Made by a program: the position numbers and the translations under genes. Positions 35,600-47,950 of a stretch of 64,000 bases of DNA are shown here, one piece after another (the first letter of the stretch is position 1; each line of letters starts with the position of its first letter). Below the pieces are notes generated by a model, which made no database searches, had not been told where the DNA came from, and saw only the letters and a program-made list of their open reading frames with translations. Origin of the DNA: Vicugna vicugna (lineage: Eukaryota); contig MU058636.1 in assembly GCA_013265495.1 (NCBI GenBank), positions 2,604,001 to 2,668,000 of the forward strand. The letters are read 5' to 3'.

Positions 35600-36092
35600 A
35601 GTCAGGATTATGTTTGTCTGCCTGTGACAGAAAATCCAAAATAATTACAGCTTAAACAAGGCAGAATTAATTTTTCTTTCATGTAAAAAGAATCTGGAAA
35701 AATCTGGAGGGCTTGTATGACTTGGTGTTAGGGACTCAAGCTCCTCCTACTACATTTTCCTGCCAACTTCAGTGCAATGCATTTACCTCATAGTACAAGA
35801 TGGCTGCTTGAAATCCAGTCATTATGTCAGCATTCCAGTCAATAGGAAGGAAGAGTATCCAAACACAGGCTAATCCCTTTCTTTTCAAAGCAGTTTCTAG
35901 AAGATGCGCACTACAGTCCTGCTTACATTTCGGACATCAGAACTTAGCTACTTGGTCCTGCCTAGCTACAAGGGAGGCTGGAAAGTGTCTTCTTTCTTTC
36001 AGGTGGCCACATTCTCCACTAAAATTGTGGGGTTCTATTACTAAGATGGAAGGAGAGAATGCACCTGGGGAAACAGGCAGCAGTCTCTGCCA
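35600..36092 (-). mobile_element. Old MLT1 (J/K-like) LTR
   Basis: gtcaggattatgtttgtctgcctgtgacagaaaatcc..gcttaaacaag..caagatggctgct..cctagctacaagggaggctggaaagtgt..agtctctgcca. Confidence 0.7.
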
Positions 36093-36779
36093 TGAGGGTT
36101 GGAGACAAAAGATGATTGTGGTGTCATGGAAACACCACCTGTTAGGAATCTATGTCTGGCATCTCATGACTGCTTTGCTAGTGACTCCTTGTGTGACACT
36201 GCTGGGTCCCTTCACTTTCCTGACCCTCAGCCCTGTTCATTTTTAAAGACGCAGAACCCAATAATCTCTGAGATCACTGCCCCCTCAAAAAAGCTATGCC
36301 TTCTCTCATCCTGAAAGCAGTTGGTCAAACAAGACCAAAGTGATTTACAACTTTAGTTATTTAGCAATGAATATATCAAGGATTTGCTTTTGTCCATGTG
36401 ACTGCTCTTTGGCCTGTGAAGAGAAAAGTTACCCAGCAAATTGAAGCATTTAATAAACTGAATAAAATGGTGTATGAATTAAAGGATTAGTCAGACCTGA
36501 TATTTCACAGGGAATTAAATGTTGGCAATGTCCAGTTCAGTGTCTTCTTCAATTTAAGATTCTTGGCTCTGACTGAATTTAGCATTCTAATTTATTATAA
36601 TAAGATTCAGTCGCACACTCAAGCTTCAAATCGTTCAAGGAGCTACAATGACAAAAAGAACCTTGGGCAGGGGGATTGTTGATCTCAACAAAAATTTGAG
36701 TATCTGTTGACTGCCAGCCACTGTATTTGGGACATTTCCAGGCTAGTGCAGGGTCCCAGACAAGCACACAAGATCACGT

Positions 36780-37500
36780 GAAGGTGTGTACCAAGCTGAG
36801 AAGGAAAATGGGGGAGAGAGCAAAGTAGTGAGTTCAGACTGGGGCAGGCTGCCGTGGGGTGCATGTGGGTGTGAAAACTGGCAGCGGGCGAGTCGATATG
36901 CTGGCCGAGAACTTCGGGGTCAAGTTCAAGGTAAATGTGTAGCTTTAGAAATCATCACCGTGTGAGTAGTGCACACAGCCGTGAGACTGCCGGAGCCCAC
37001 CTCGGACCAGGAACTCAGGATGACAGCGGCACTTAAGGTAGAGAAGGATCAGTGGGGAGAGTCCGGGAGGGGGTCCCAGGTCAGAGGAGAGTCAGGAGAA
37101 CAGCGCTTCCTGGAAGTCGAGGTGAAGTCGCTCCGTGAGGGGCAGCCCATGTGTGCAGGGGTGGCGGGGGGTGTTGTCGACCTCTGTCAACACTTGAAAG
37201 CAACTAACATGAAGTCAGGGTCATGGCTATTAATGAGGTGATGGCTATTAATAAATAGGTGATGGTGAGAGGAATAGAATGCATGGTGAACAAATGAATG
37301 TGTGTAAATAGCAATAAGGAAGAGAAAGTGTCCATTGGATTTAGGAACCGAAGGGCCCTGATGTTGTGAGGTGGGGTGGGCACCACTTTGGAGCTGGTGA
37401 GAAATGAGGGGCTGTGGGAGTGGAGATGTGAGCACACTGTTCTGGGACAGGAAGGGAAGGTGAGATTTCAGGGCCAGACATAAAGGAGCACATTAGGACG
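36780..37500 (-). mobile_element. L2-like remnant, purine-rich antisense
   Basis: gtaaatgtgtagctttagaaatcatc..gagaaagtgtccattggatttagg..ctgatg is an L2 body pattern. Diverged. Confidence 0.45.
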
Positions 37501-37625
37501 TGTTCAGAACCCTAGGGGAAGGAAGAAGGAAGAGCTGTGTCGGAACTTGGAACCACCGTGATCTGGAAGCATTGGAGAGCCCAGGACGCAGCCGAGGGTG
37601 ACATGAGCAGGAGCAGGAGCAGGAG

Positions 37626-37797
37626 CAGGGCCAGCTTAGCGGGTGTCCCACTGGGCAGCTAAGGAGCCCGGTTCTCAGCAGGGCCTCACGCTTGGTTTCC
37701 TGTTCTGTTGTCACCATCTTGAAATACTGAATAACTTTTAAATAAGGGGACTTGTTTCTAATTTTGCTCAGGGCCTGCCGATTATGTCACAGTCCCA
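37626..37797 (+). mobile_element. MER91A-like hAT-Tip100 DNA transposon fossil, preceded by (GAGCAG)4
   Basis: CAGGGCCAGCTT..ctcagcagggcctcacgcttggttt..tgtcaccatcttgaaat..ataactttt..attttgctcagggcc..attatgt. Confidence 0.7.
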
Positions 37798-37920
37798 GGT
37801 AAGATTCTGTAAGACATCAAATCACGTTTTTCAAAGGTTCTCAGCCTCATCTTTTCATTCATTCTTCCCCTTAATGTACATCGAACAAGTGCCTACCATG
37901 TGCCAGGCACCTTAATTCTT

Positions 37921-38226
37921 TTTTTTTACTTATTATTGAAGAACAGTCAGTTACAATGTGTCAGTTTCTGGTGTACAGCACAGTGTCCCAGTCATGCTTA
38001 TATATACATATATTCATTTTCATGTTCTTTTTCATTAAAGGTTATTACCAGATATTGAATATAGTTCCCTGTGCTATACAAAAGAAATTTTTTTAATCTA
38101 TTTTTATATATAGTGGTTAACCTTTGCAAATCTCAACCACCCAATTTATCCCTTCCCACCCCCTTCCCCCCGGTAACCATAAAATTGTTCACTATGTCTG
38201 CGAGTCTGTTTCTGTTTTGTAGATGA
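37921..38226 (-). mobile_element. 5'-truncated L1 3'UTR tail, antisense
   Basis: Poly-T followed by the reverse complement of the L1 tail. TSD CTTAA(T/C)TCTT at 37911-37920 and 38227-38236. Confidence 0.9.
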
Positions 38227-38539
38227 CTTAACTCTTGTAACGGGGACTTGTTTGTGTTGGTTGCCAATCCATTGCACCTGTTCATTTTTATTGTACATTT
38301 TTTTCAATGGCTGATTTTTCTCTTCTCTATTAATATTTGGTGTAATGTGTGAAAATCAGCCTCCATCTTTACTTCTTGGAGTCAGCTATTCTCCTATAAG
38401 GGTTTATCTGTTTGCAAATAGACATTGAGAAAGGATGCTGTTACTGGGTAAGTTTGAACCCCAGGATGTATAGCAGATGAGCCACAAGGACTTGTTGGCC
38501 TGAAATGTCTAGTCATTTGCTTCAGTTTTAAAGTTTAGT

Positions 38540-38684
38540 GGGGTGGGTATAGCTCAAGTGGTACAGCGCATGCTTAGCATACATGAGGTCCTAGGTTCAA
38601 TCCCCAGTTCATTTAAAAAAATTAAATAAACCTAATTACTCCCCCAAAACAAAACAAAGAATAAATAAATAAATAAATGTACAT
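38540..38684 (+). mobile_element. tRNA-derived SINE, camelid Vic-1-like
   Basis: GGGGTGGGTATAGCTCAAGTGGTACAGCGCATGCTTAGCAT..GAGGTCCTAGGTTCAATCCCCAG with A and B boxes, then a (TAAA)n tail. Confidence 0.88.
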
Positions 38685-38702
38685 ATAAAAATATGTAAAT
38701 AA

Positions 38703-40002
38703 CTCTCCCAGACTTCAGACAATACTATAGAGCTACAGTAACCAAAACAGCATGGTATTGGTACGAAAACAGACATATGGACCAATGGGACAGAATAGAG
38801 AGCCAAGAAATGAACCCACAAACTTTTGGTCAACGAATCTTCAACAAAGGAGGCAAAAATATACAATGGAATATGTACAGTCTCTTCAGCAAATGATGTT
38901 GAGAAAACTGCACAGCAGCATGTAAATCAGTGAAGCTAGAACACTCCCTTACACCATACACAAAAATCAACTCAAAATGGATCACAGACTTAAGCATAAG
39001 ACAAGATACAATAAACCTCCTAGAAGAAAATATAGGCAAAACATTATCTGACATACATCTCAAAAATGTTCTCTTAGGGCAGTCTACCCAAGCAATAGAA
39101 ATAAAAGCGAGCATAAACAAATGGGATCTAATTAAACTTACAAGCTTCTGCACAGGAAAGGAAACCATAAGTAAAACAAACGACAACCTATGGAATGGGA
39201 GGAAATTTTTGCAAATGAAACTGACAAAGGCTTGATCTCCAGAATATATAAACAGCTCATACGACTTAATAAGAAAAAAACAAACAACCCAATCCAAAAA
39301 TGGGCAGAAGACCTGAACAAGCAATTCTCCAAGGAAGAAATACAAATGATCAATAGGCACATGAGAAATGCTCAATATCACTAATTATCAGAGAAATGCA
39401 AATCAAAACTACAATGAGGTATCACCTCACACCAGTCAGAATGGCCATCATTCAAAAGTCCACAAATGACAAATGCTGGAGAGGCTGTAGAGAAAAGGGA
39501 ACCCTCCTACACTGCTGGTGGGAATGCAGTTTGATGCAGCCACTGTGGAAAACAGTATGGACATTCCTCAAAAGACTAGGAATAGACTTACCATATGACC
39601 TAGGAATCCTGCTCCTGGGCATATATCCAGAAGGAACCCCACTTCAAAATGACACCTGCACCCCAATGTTCATAGCAGCACTATTTACAATAACCAAGAC
39701 ATGGAAACAGCCTAAATGTCCACCAACAGATGACTGGATAAATAAGAGGTGGTATATTTATACAATGGAATACTACTCAGCCATAAAAACAAGAAACAGA
39801 CTCACAGATGTAGAATACAAACTTGTGGTTGCCAAGGGGGCGGGGGGTGGGAAGGGACAGACTGGGATTTCAAAATGTGGTAGCTCACAGCAAAAAAAAT
39901 GTGACAATGAATATATGTTCATGTATAACTGAAAAGTTGTGCTCTACACTGGAATTTGACACAACATTGTAAAATGACTATAACTCAATAAAAAATGTTA
40001 AA
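38703..40002 (+). mobile_element. Relatively young 5'-truncated LINE-1 (ORF2 3' third plus 3'UTR)
   Basis: ORFs 38930..39235, 39190..39384 and 39396..39932 ([37 protein letters not shown]) are frameshifted pieces of the ORF2p C-terminal domain. An 18-bp TSD is present. Confidence 0.97.
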
Positions 40003-43000
40003 ATAAAAATAAGTAAATAAAATTGAAGTTTATTTTGCTTCCTCTTTAAGCCTAAATGTCTTAAGGAAATACACTAAAATCCAAGAGTCTGTGTTCCGTG
40101 GAATATTTAAACATTGGTTTTACCCTCACATTTTTAATTTATTCGCTTATAAAGCTCCAGTTTTTGGTCTATTGTCTGACTAGCTATGATTTTCCTGTGT
40201 GAGTGGAGAGGCTTAGGAATCAGAGTCATCACGGCCTTTCGTCTTATGTTAAGCATCTTCCATTTCCTTAGGAAAGAAATTGTAGTTCAGCGTGAATGAT
40301 TAGGATGGAAATAGCACATCGATTCTCTCCCAGAGAAGGTCAAGATGATAAATTATTCGAACCTTCTGAGAAGATTCTGAGTGGGTCGGTACTGCATTCA
40401 AAGAAATTATATTGCTCTTCCCACTTTGATTTTGTGGCATAAAAAGTAGATAGATAAATAAATTTCTTTAACTCCTCTTTGTCTGTTTCCTGAAATTAAA
40501 ATTGCAAAATCACATCTTTTGTATGTATTACCTGCTGACAGCCTCTGGGACCTAAACTCAGATTTTAATTGAGATGTTTTTCTTCTCCTCCCTGTAGATG
40601 ACATTTTCCCGTTCAATTCGGGGAGTACAGACTTCTACACTCCCTTCCCCTTAAGGCGATCTGTAAACTGTGACGTTGTACTTGCAAAGGCAGCCTGACT
40701 TCATCTGACTTTTATATTAATTTGAAGCAGCATGCCTACAAGTTAACAGTTGTTTTGCTCTCATTTTCCCCTTAAATCAGCTTTTCTTGACTTCGTTGGA
40801 AAATATGCCTCATTGATCCCAGATGTTCCCATGCTACCTGGACATACAGTGACGTGCCTACACCATTTATTTTGCATAATGTGACATATTGCACGTTTGG
40901 GTGCACTCTTAATGTATTCTGTTTACGTCTGAGCTTATCAAGAAACCAATTTCCTGACAACAAAAGAAGGAGGCTCCCATGGTGGTTTGCACATTTCTAC
41001 TTACTGTTCTTACCCTTGAGAAATCCTTCACACTGTTTAAGCCTCAGCATTTAAAATCACCAGTGAGCCATCAGGACCAGAACAGTAGCGGGCGTGCTCT
41101 CGTCATTAGTGCTTGTCATGCTTGTCCGTGCTGAATTATGGAATTTGAAAGCATTTTATTCCATGGAAACCAGGTTGGATTTGAACTGTAAAAATGAGTG
41201 CTACACGAGTAAAAGACTCTGTTTTGCGTTCTAAAATTACTCTCAATTTGCCTAATAAATATATTGCCCTCCTTGATTAGGGACTTTGTTGCCTAATTTG
41301 GTTTGCAAGTAAATTACAATTTTCTCCTAACGTGCACGTGGTCACGTGCACGCGGATTTCCCTCCTGCCTAGTGTTGCAGAACTTGGGTGCAAATAAATC
41401 GAAGGGCTGATTCCTTTGTCCTGGTGGGGCAGATGGTGATTATTTATGGTCAGTATTTCATGAAAATTAAATTCGTTGCAGTTTATGTTTTATAAGGATT
41501 AACTGTTTGCAGAGTAAATGTGAAATGCCGAGCTGTGCCCGGCCAGCCTCTTCCATCCCCTAAATTGAAGGAGCCACGCTCTTCCTCTGCTGACATTCAG
41601 CCTCTTCATGACTCTGTTATATTTTCAGCCAATAACATGTTCATGGATCAAATGGATAGCTTGAATCTGAGTGGAATATTTAAGTCTCCTATATATCCAG
41701 GACCTAGAATCATGTTTTTGAGGTTCTTAACATTGTTTAATTCTGTTCTAAGAAGATTTACATTGTCTTATTACAAGCTGAAAATGGTTTGAAACAGAAA
41801 AAAATTCATGCTGAAGTCCAAGATTGTTTATGCATTGTAAAGATAAAATCTAAGTTCTTTCTTTGAATAATGAAAGCCATATTATAAGAATATACCTCTT
41901 ATTTTCAGAATGTGAAGCTTAATGGACAGTAAAGCATAAATATTTATGGATGATTATGAAGGCGAGGGGCTTGATTCCGTTCACCCCCAGGGGAGGTGCA
42001 TTTGCTGTCCCTCCCTCTATAATTACAGTCTTGAAACTTTCATTGGCAGTCATGGAGGAGAAAATGACAATATTCCATTGCAATAGCCATTAGACAATGT
42101 GTGGTCTCCACTTGATGTATGTGCTGGAAAAAAAATTGCTTTAGGGTGATGGTAACAAAGAGAGCAGGCTGTGTGGATGTCTGCCATTTGTACAGTCTGT
42201 CAGTGACTCTGCAAAGGACTGTGGCATCAGAGGTCTGCAGTATTCCTAGTGTTCTGTTAGATTGCTGGAAATGTTGAGCTCACTAATGATTGCCTTTGAG
42301 CAAAACAATAGGGTGTTGCTGACAGAAATGGACCTTTTGGCTATATGTGCAATTCCAACAATCGCTGTCTGGAAGGACAACACTCAGTTATGCGGGGTCT
42401 CAAAAATACGCGCTTTTTTTTCCTTGAAACTTAACATCAGAGACTTGCTTGCATCCTGTTGTGGCTGATGAGCACTTATTTGAATATCATACATATTTTA
42501 AACAGATAATTCGTGTAAACATTCGAGTACAGCTGTAACAGAGACAGATTCACCCAACAGCCTCATGTAATTATATGTTCTCTTTATAAGTCTAGTGGGT
42601 TTGAATTTACCGTCCCAACTTGGTCAGGAAGAGAGTCATATTTTTCTTCATTTTTCTGTGGTTGAATGCCACCGGGTCATGAACCACCACTTCTGCTCAC
42701 AAAGAATCTGATTTTGCCACTTCAAGGTAGCTCCGTTTCTGTAGGGTTGAAAATGTTGTCTTTTGGATAATACTCAGTTAATTCATTTTTTTCCCATTTT
42801 ATTGCAGTGCAAATTTAAAACTCTTTAACTGAATTGCTCTTATCTCTAAAGGTTTTCCTCCAGCTGCCCCCACCCACTTGGTTACAAGAGACATCTGGAT
42901 GGCTGAGGACGGGTTTTCAGCTGGGTCTTCTAAAATTCTTACACCTACTCTCAGCAAACTAAGTATTATACAGTGGTGCCACGTGTCCTCAACCCAAGGG

Positions 43001-44499
43001 GGGAAAAGCTGCAGGAAGTAAATATCTTTATTAAATAGTTAAAAACAAACTTCGAAAAATTTGATGATTTTAAAATTTCTATTTGGGAAATCTAAAAGCG
43101 CGTTTTATTTGCCCTGTGATTCTAGTAAGTTTGCTGTTGCTTAAAATTGTACCTGTGACTTTTGGCCAGGTCATCTGGGTTTCCAGACTTTCTGATTTAT
43201 CTCACTTTGGTGTATAAAAAGTTAGGCCTTTTCACTTGAAAATATCTATAGGAATTTTTCCCCCTCAAACTGAGGAGAAATTTTATGGCTAGGCTATAAA
43301 TAAATTCTTTAAAAGCTAGTAGCAGTTGCTGTGTTCTTAAGCATCAGCGTAGGTGTGTGAGATGAACAAACTTTATCCGAAAATCAGAACATAAAATGTT
43401 GAAATGCAGAGACTTTCTCAGCCCTAAATCTGGTTGATTAACTGTTTTGTCTTTGGTGAGTTTCCGAATGAAGATGTTCTTTTAGAAAGAAAAGTGATTT
43501 TTAATGACTTTTAATACTTCTCTTTTAAGGGGGTTGAATAATTTAAGCGTCTTGAATATTGGAGAGGGAAGTTATTCCACGAAGGCTAACTTTTCATAAC
43601 CACTTTGCCATGGCTGATTGGTCTCTTCACTCACAAGGATATGTTCCCACGAAACACATGACACTATGGGTCACTTAACTCCAGGACCTCCAAGGACAAG
43701 GACACAGTCACAGACACAATATTAATTTTACTTGCCAAGCATGACTATTAGAAAGAAACAAACATCCCCAAGATAAAGAAAGAAAAGTAGAATGCAGGGC
43801 AAAGAAAGAAGTTGTGTTTCACTAAAACCAAATTAAGTTGCAGTTCTACTGTGATAAATCTGAAGGTATGTGATTTAACTCACTTTGGAATTAAAGTACC
43901 AGGAATTTGATGGGTATCCATGGGCATACGTCTCGATCTTCAGATAAATCTACAGCGATTAACACCGTGGTTCATTGTCTATTTTCTGTTTTCTTCAAGG
44001 TTTCAACCATACCAGCTCATCACTTTGCTCCAGGACACAGGTCACTGACCAGCCTATGTACTGGCATTGCTCGAGTCCAGTGGCCTCCTCTGGTCCAGTC
44101 CATTATGAGCAGGCAGACAGGGTTGTTCACGTAAGATTACGCTTGGCTGTTGGTGGTGGGACAGCGCCCTGCAAGACGAGGTGGCTCAGGTTAGGACTTC
44201 TGACCTTCTTAGTACACTCAGGCCCTGGTCTTCTGATGAAAGAATACTTTTCCACAAATCATGTTCTCCTCAATATGTACATATTCATAACAGGACTTAT
44301 GAGCCTAATTGAAAAGGAACTTTATTTATACCCACTTGATTTTGAGTCTTACCCGTGTTAGTAACTCCTCAAAAAAATTACTACCTCCTATGGTCGAACT
44401 CTTTTCCCTCTTTTATAGGCCAGAGCTAGAAGGTGTTAAGATCTTCCAGGCACTTCAGTTCCAAAGTGGGAAAGTGGTTTGAGGCAGAAGATAAAAGTT

Positions 44500-45395
44500 A
44501 GACAAACGATGAGCTAAACAGAATGTTTAAAAAGGAAAATTGGGGGACCGGGGTGTCCATAGAGGACTCTGAGAAGCTTTGATATGTTCCTGGGACTCTA
44601 GAAGGCTGTGTTCACACAAAGGTCTTTGCATATCCCAGGGCTGTGTGCAAGCGCGGGCACGGCCTGGGGAGGCCCTGCGCTCTCAGCCCCACCTGAGCCT
44701 GGGGCGCTGGGCAAGCACCTGACAACGAGTGCAGACTTCACCGAATCTGTTCAGAAAAGTCATTAGAGAAACAACAGCAACAACAGCAACAAGGAAAAGC
44801 CTTAGGGAAGGAGGAAGGTCTGATTTCTCAAGTTGCCTTATTATGTCAGTGTTCAGTTTCCAACAAAAAATGAGATACACAAAGAATTTTTGAAACATGG
44901 CCCAGCGCGCAATGGAGGGGGCTGTGCGTGGGAAGAGGCGGTCAACAGAAACTGTCCCTGAGAAAGCTCATCCGTTGGACGTATTAGCAAACACTTTGAA
45001 TAGGATGTTTTAAATATGTTCAAAGAATGAAAAGAAACTATGTCTAAATAAATAAAGTAGGAGGAAAAATGCCTTGACCAAATATAAAATATTAAAAAGT
45101 AAGAGCAATTACAAAAAAAGAGTTAAATAGAAATTCTGGAATTGAAAAGTACAATAACTGAAATGAAAAATTCACTAAAGGGGCTCAGCCAATAGATCTG
45201 AGCAAGCAGAAGGATCACCTACCTTGAAGGTAGAGTATTGACACTGTCCAGTTGGAGGAACACAGAGGGGAAAAAAAGAGCCTCGGGGACCTGTGAGACA
45301 GCACCAAACATAACGCATGCGTAAAGGGAGTCCCAGAAAGGAAGGAGAAGGGGAAGAAGGAGTACCTGCTGAAATAATGGCTGAAAACCTTTCCC
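44500..45395 (+). mobile_element. Old L1 (L1M/MC-type) 5' region and ORF1 remnant
   Basis: gaaattctggaattgaaaagtacaataactgaaatgaaaaattcactaaagggg reads EILELKSTITEMKNSLKG, part of the ORF1p coiled coil. Also ggagtcccagaa..gaaataatggctgaaaac. Confidence 0.8.
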
Positions 45396-46151
45396 CTGTC
45401 ATTTCGTTCCTTTAGCAATCATTGAATCATAGAATTAATAATCTCATTGCTATTCCCCAGATAAAGGATTTAGAAGCCCTAACACGCATACAGAAGTTCA
45501 TTTCCAAATTGGTTTATTTCTGTCTCCTGTTTTTGGTTATTTTCCTTTCATAGTAGTTTCATTATGCGTAAAAGATTTAATACGAAAAATAGAAAAAAAG
45601 AGTTCATGTAACTCTTGTGTGTGCTCAGTTTCATTGCAGAGGAAATAATACTGAATTTTGAGCAAAAAATCCTGAGTTGATATATGTAAATTTTTACTTC
45701 CCCGCTATTAGGTGGCTGTGGACAAGTTAGCCATCTGAGACGGTATCATCAAGTAGAAATGAACAATTTCACCTGTCTTACAGCTGTTGGAATTAGATAT
45801 CATTAAATAAAATAATTTTATGAAAGTGCTTAATCTATGTTACCATATAGAATTTCAACATGAGTTCATTTCCTCCTTGTCCTTGGGCAAGTCAATTAAT
45901 GCTTCATCAGTGTAGTGAGGTTATAAATCTCCCAGGATTTGAAAAGATGAACTATTACAAAATAATTGATAAAATAATTGATGGAGTCTGCCAATGTGAG
46001 ATATTATAATCATTTCCTTGTTTGTTGTTAAAATGTCTTATTTGTTGGTACCTTGACTGTGTATTCTAGTTTATTCAGGGAGATTTACATATGCATTGTT
46101 CATAGGGATCTGTAATAAGCCAGTTTCTTAATTCTGAATACAATTTCTTAG

Positions 46152-46818
46152 TATCTGCAAATCTCAAAGTCCCAGTTTATCCTTTCCCACCCCTTTCCCC
46201 GTCTGCTAACTGTAAGTTTGTTTTCTATGTCTGTGAGTCTGTTCCTGTTTTGTAAATAAGTTCATTTGTCTTTTTTTAGACTCCACATACAAGTGACATC
46301 TATATGACAGTTTTCTTTCTCTTTCTGGCTTACTTCACTTAGAATGACAATCTCCAGGTCCATCCATGTTGCTGCAAATGGCATGGTTTTATTCTTTTTT
46401 ATGGCTGAGTTCTCTGGTATTAGGGTGATGGTGGCTTCTTGGAATGAGTCTGGGAGTATCCCTTCCTCTTCAATCTTTTGGAAGAATTTGAGAAGGATTG
46501 GTATGAGCTCTTCTTTGTGTGTTTGATAGAATTCCCCAGTGAAGCCGTCTGGTCCTGGAGTTTTGTTTGCAAGGAGGTTTTTTTTATTATTAATGATTCT
46601 GTTTCACTTCGAGTGATCGGTCTGTTCAAATGATCTATTTCTTCTTGCTTCAGCTTTGGTGGACTGTATGTTTCTAGAAACTTGTCCATTTCTTCCAGGT
46701 TGTCCAATTTATTGCCAAGTAGTTGTTCATAGTATTCTCATATGATTTTTTGCATTTCTGTGGTGTTGGTTGTAATTTCTCCATTTTCATTTCTTAGCAG
46801 CACTATTTACAATAGCCA
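46152..46818 (-). mobile_element. Rearranged LINE-1 fragments
   Basis: 46152-46410 is the antisense ORF2 end and 3'UTR. 46411-46794 is antisense mid-ORF2 ([32 protein letters not shown]). 46795-46818 is a sense-strand ORF2 snippet. Confidence 0.9.
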
Positions 46819-47729
46819 CTACACAGGCACCATGGGGGTCAACCGATTCTGGAAGTCAGACATTAGGAAGAGAAGCACCGGTGGCCAGATAAGATGCAGG
46901 TCAGCCCTGAGTCTGGGGCAGCACCTCCAGCAGCAGCCCAGAGCTCAGGATCCCGCTCAGAATAGGGCTAATGCAGAGGTCCTGGCATCCCCGGGGACCC
47001 GCACATAAGCCTGGGCTGCTCATCTGCGTTTGTAAATTACATATTCATCTCATCTCTGGAAGATGTGGCCCATGGGATGACGGGAAGAAATGTTCAGGAC
47101 TTTCATAAACATTAAGCTCAAGGACTCATTGTTGAGAACTTCTTGGAAATTTCTTCAGAGGATAAAAACCCAAAAGTAATTTGTTTTGTTATGGAACTCT
47201 TTTTTTGTTCCTAAGGAAGAGATAGTTACAATTTTTAATATTTATCTCACGCTATGGAGAGATGCTCCCATGTGTTCAATTTTCCTAACGGTTCTTCATG
47301 TTATCTTCACAGTATTAAGGCTGTAAAGCTATCTTTGTTTTAGTTCAGCCATTAAAACTGGTAATATCTACCTAGGATGGAAATTATTTTCTCTAGCCCA
47401 GGCGAGGGGACAGTTAGAAAAGAAATTCACTGGAAAAAATAAAAGAAGAGTTTTTTTTCCCCTTTAATTATTTAACTTGACGATTTACTTGACTAATCTT
47501 TTACTCTTTCATGTAACTCAACCACATGTCTTTTGGCTAGTTTTCCTTAATTTCACTTAAAGTATAATTTATTGTCCATTGGATTAAGCTGGGAAACTCC
47601 AGCTCACGGGTGAGTTGGACCCCAAGCAGTTGCTCTTGTGGAGGGAGAAGTGTCTTCAGTGACTAACCCTCAGAAGGTCCACCTATTTTTCCTTCTCCGA
47701 TGTGCTCTGGTGATACACATAGTGACACC

Positions 47730-47950
47730 TGACACTTACATGGTGCTTACAGTACCAACTGCTTTTTACATGTTAACTCAACCTTTATGCCATCCATGAG
47801 TCAAATACTATTTCAATCCCATTATTCAGATGGGAAAACCAAGGCAAAGAAAGCTTAAGTAACCCGCCCAGATTTATAAAGCTCGCACGTGGTGGAGCTG
47901 GGACTCCAACCCAGGTCATCTGGCTCCAGAATCCATGGTCCACATGCTCG
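47730..47950 (-). mobile_element. MIR
   Basis: cccattattcagatgggaaaaccaaggc..taagtaacccgccca..ggagctgggactccaacccaggtcatctggctccaga. Confidence 0.8.

Noticed and set aside
38830..39932. Longest ORFs in the track (183 aa minus, 178 aa plus) as host genes
   Set aside because: They are antisense and sense translations of a frameshifted L1 ORF2 fragment.
40598..40662. Plus-strand exon after a strong acceptor (ttttcttctcctccctgtag)
   Set aside because: No good donor nearby and the peptide (DDIFPFNSGSTDFYTPFPL) is not recognised.
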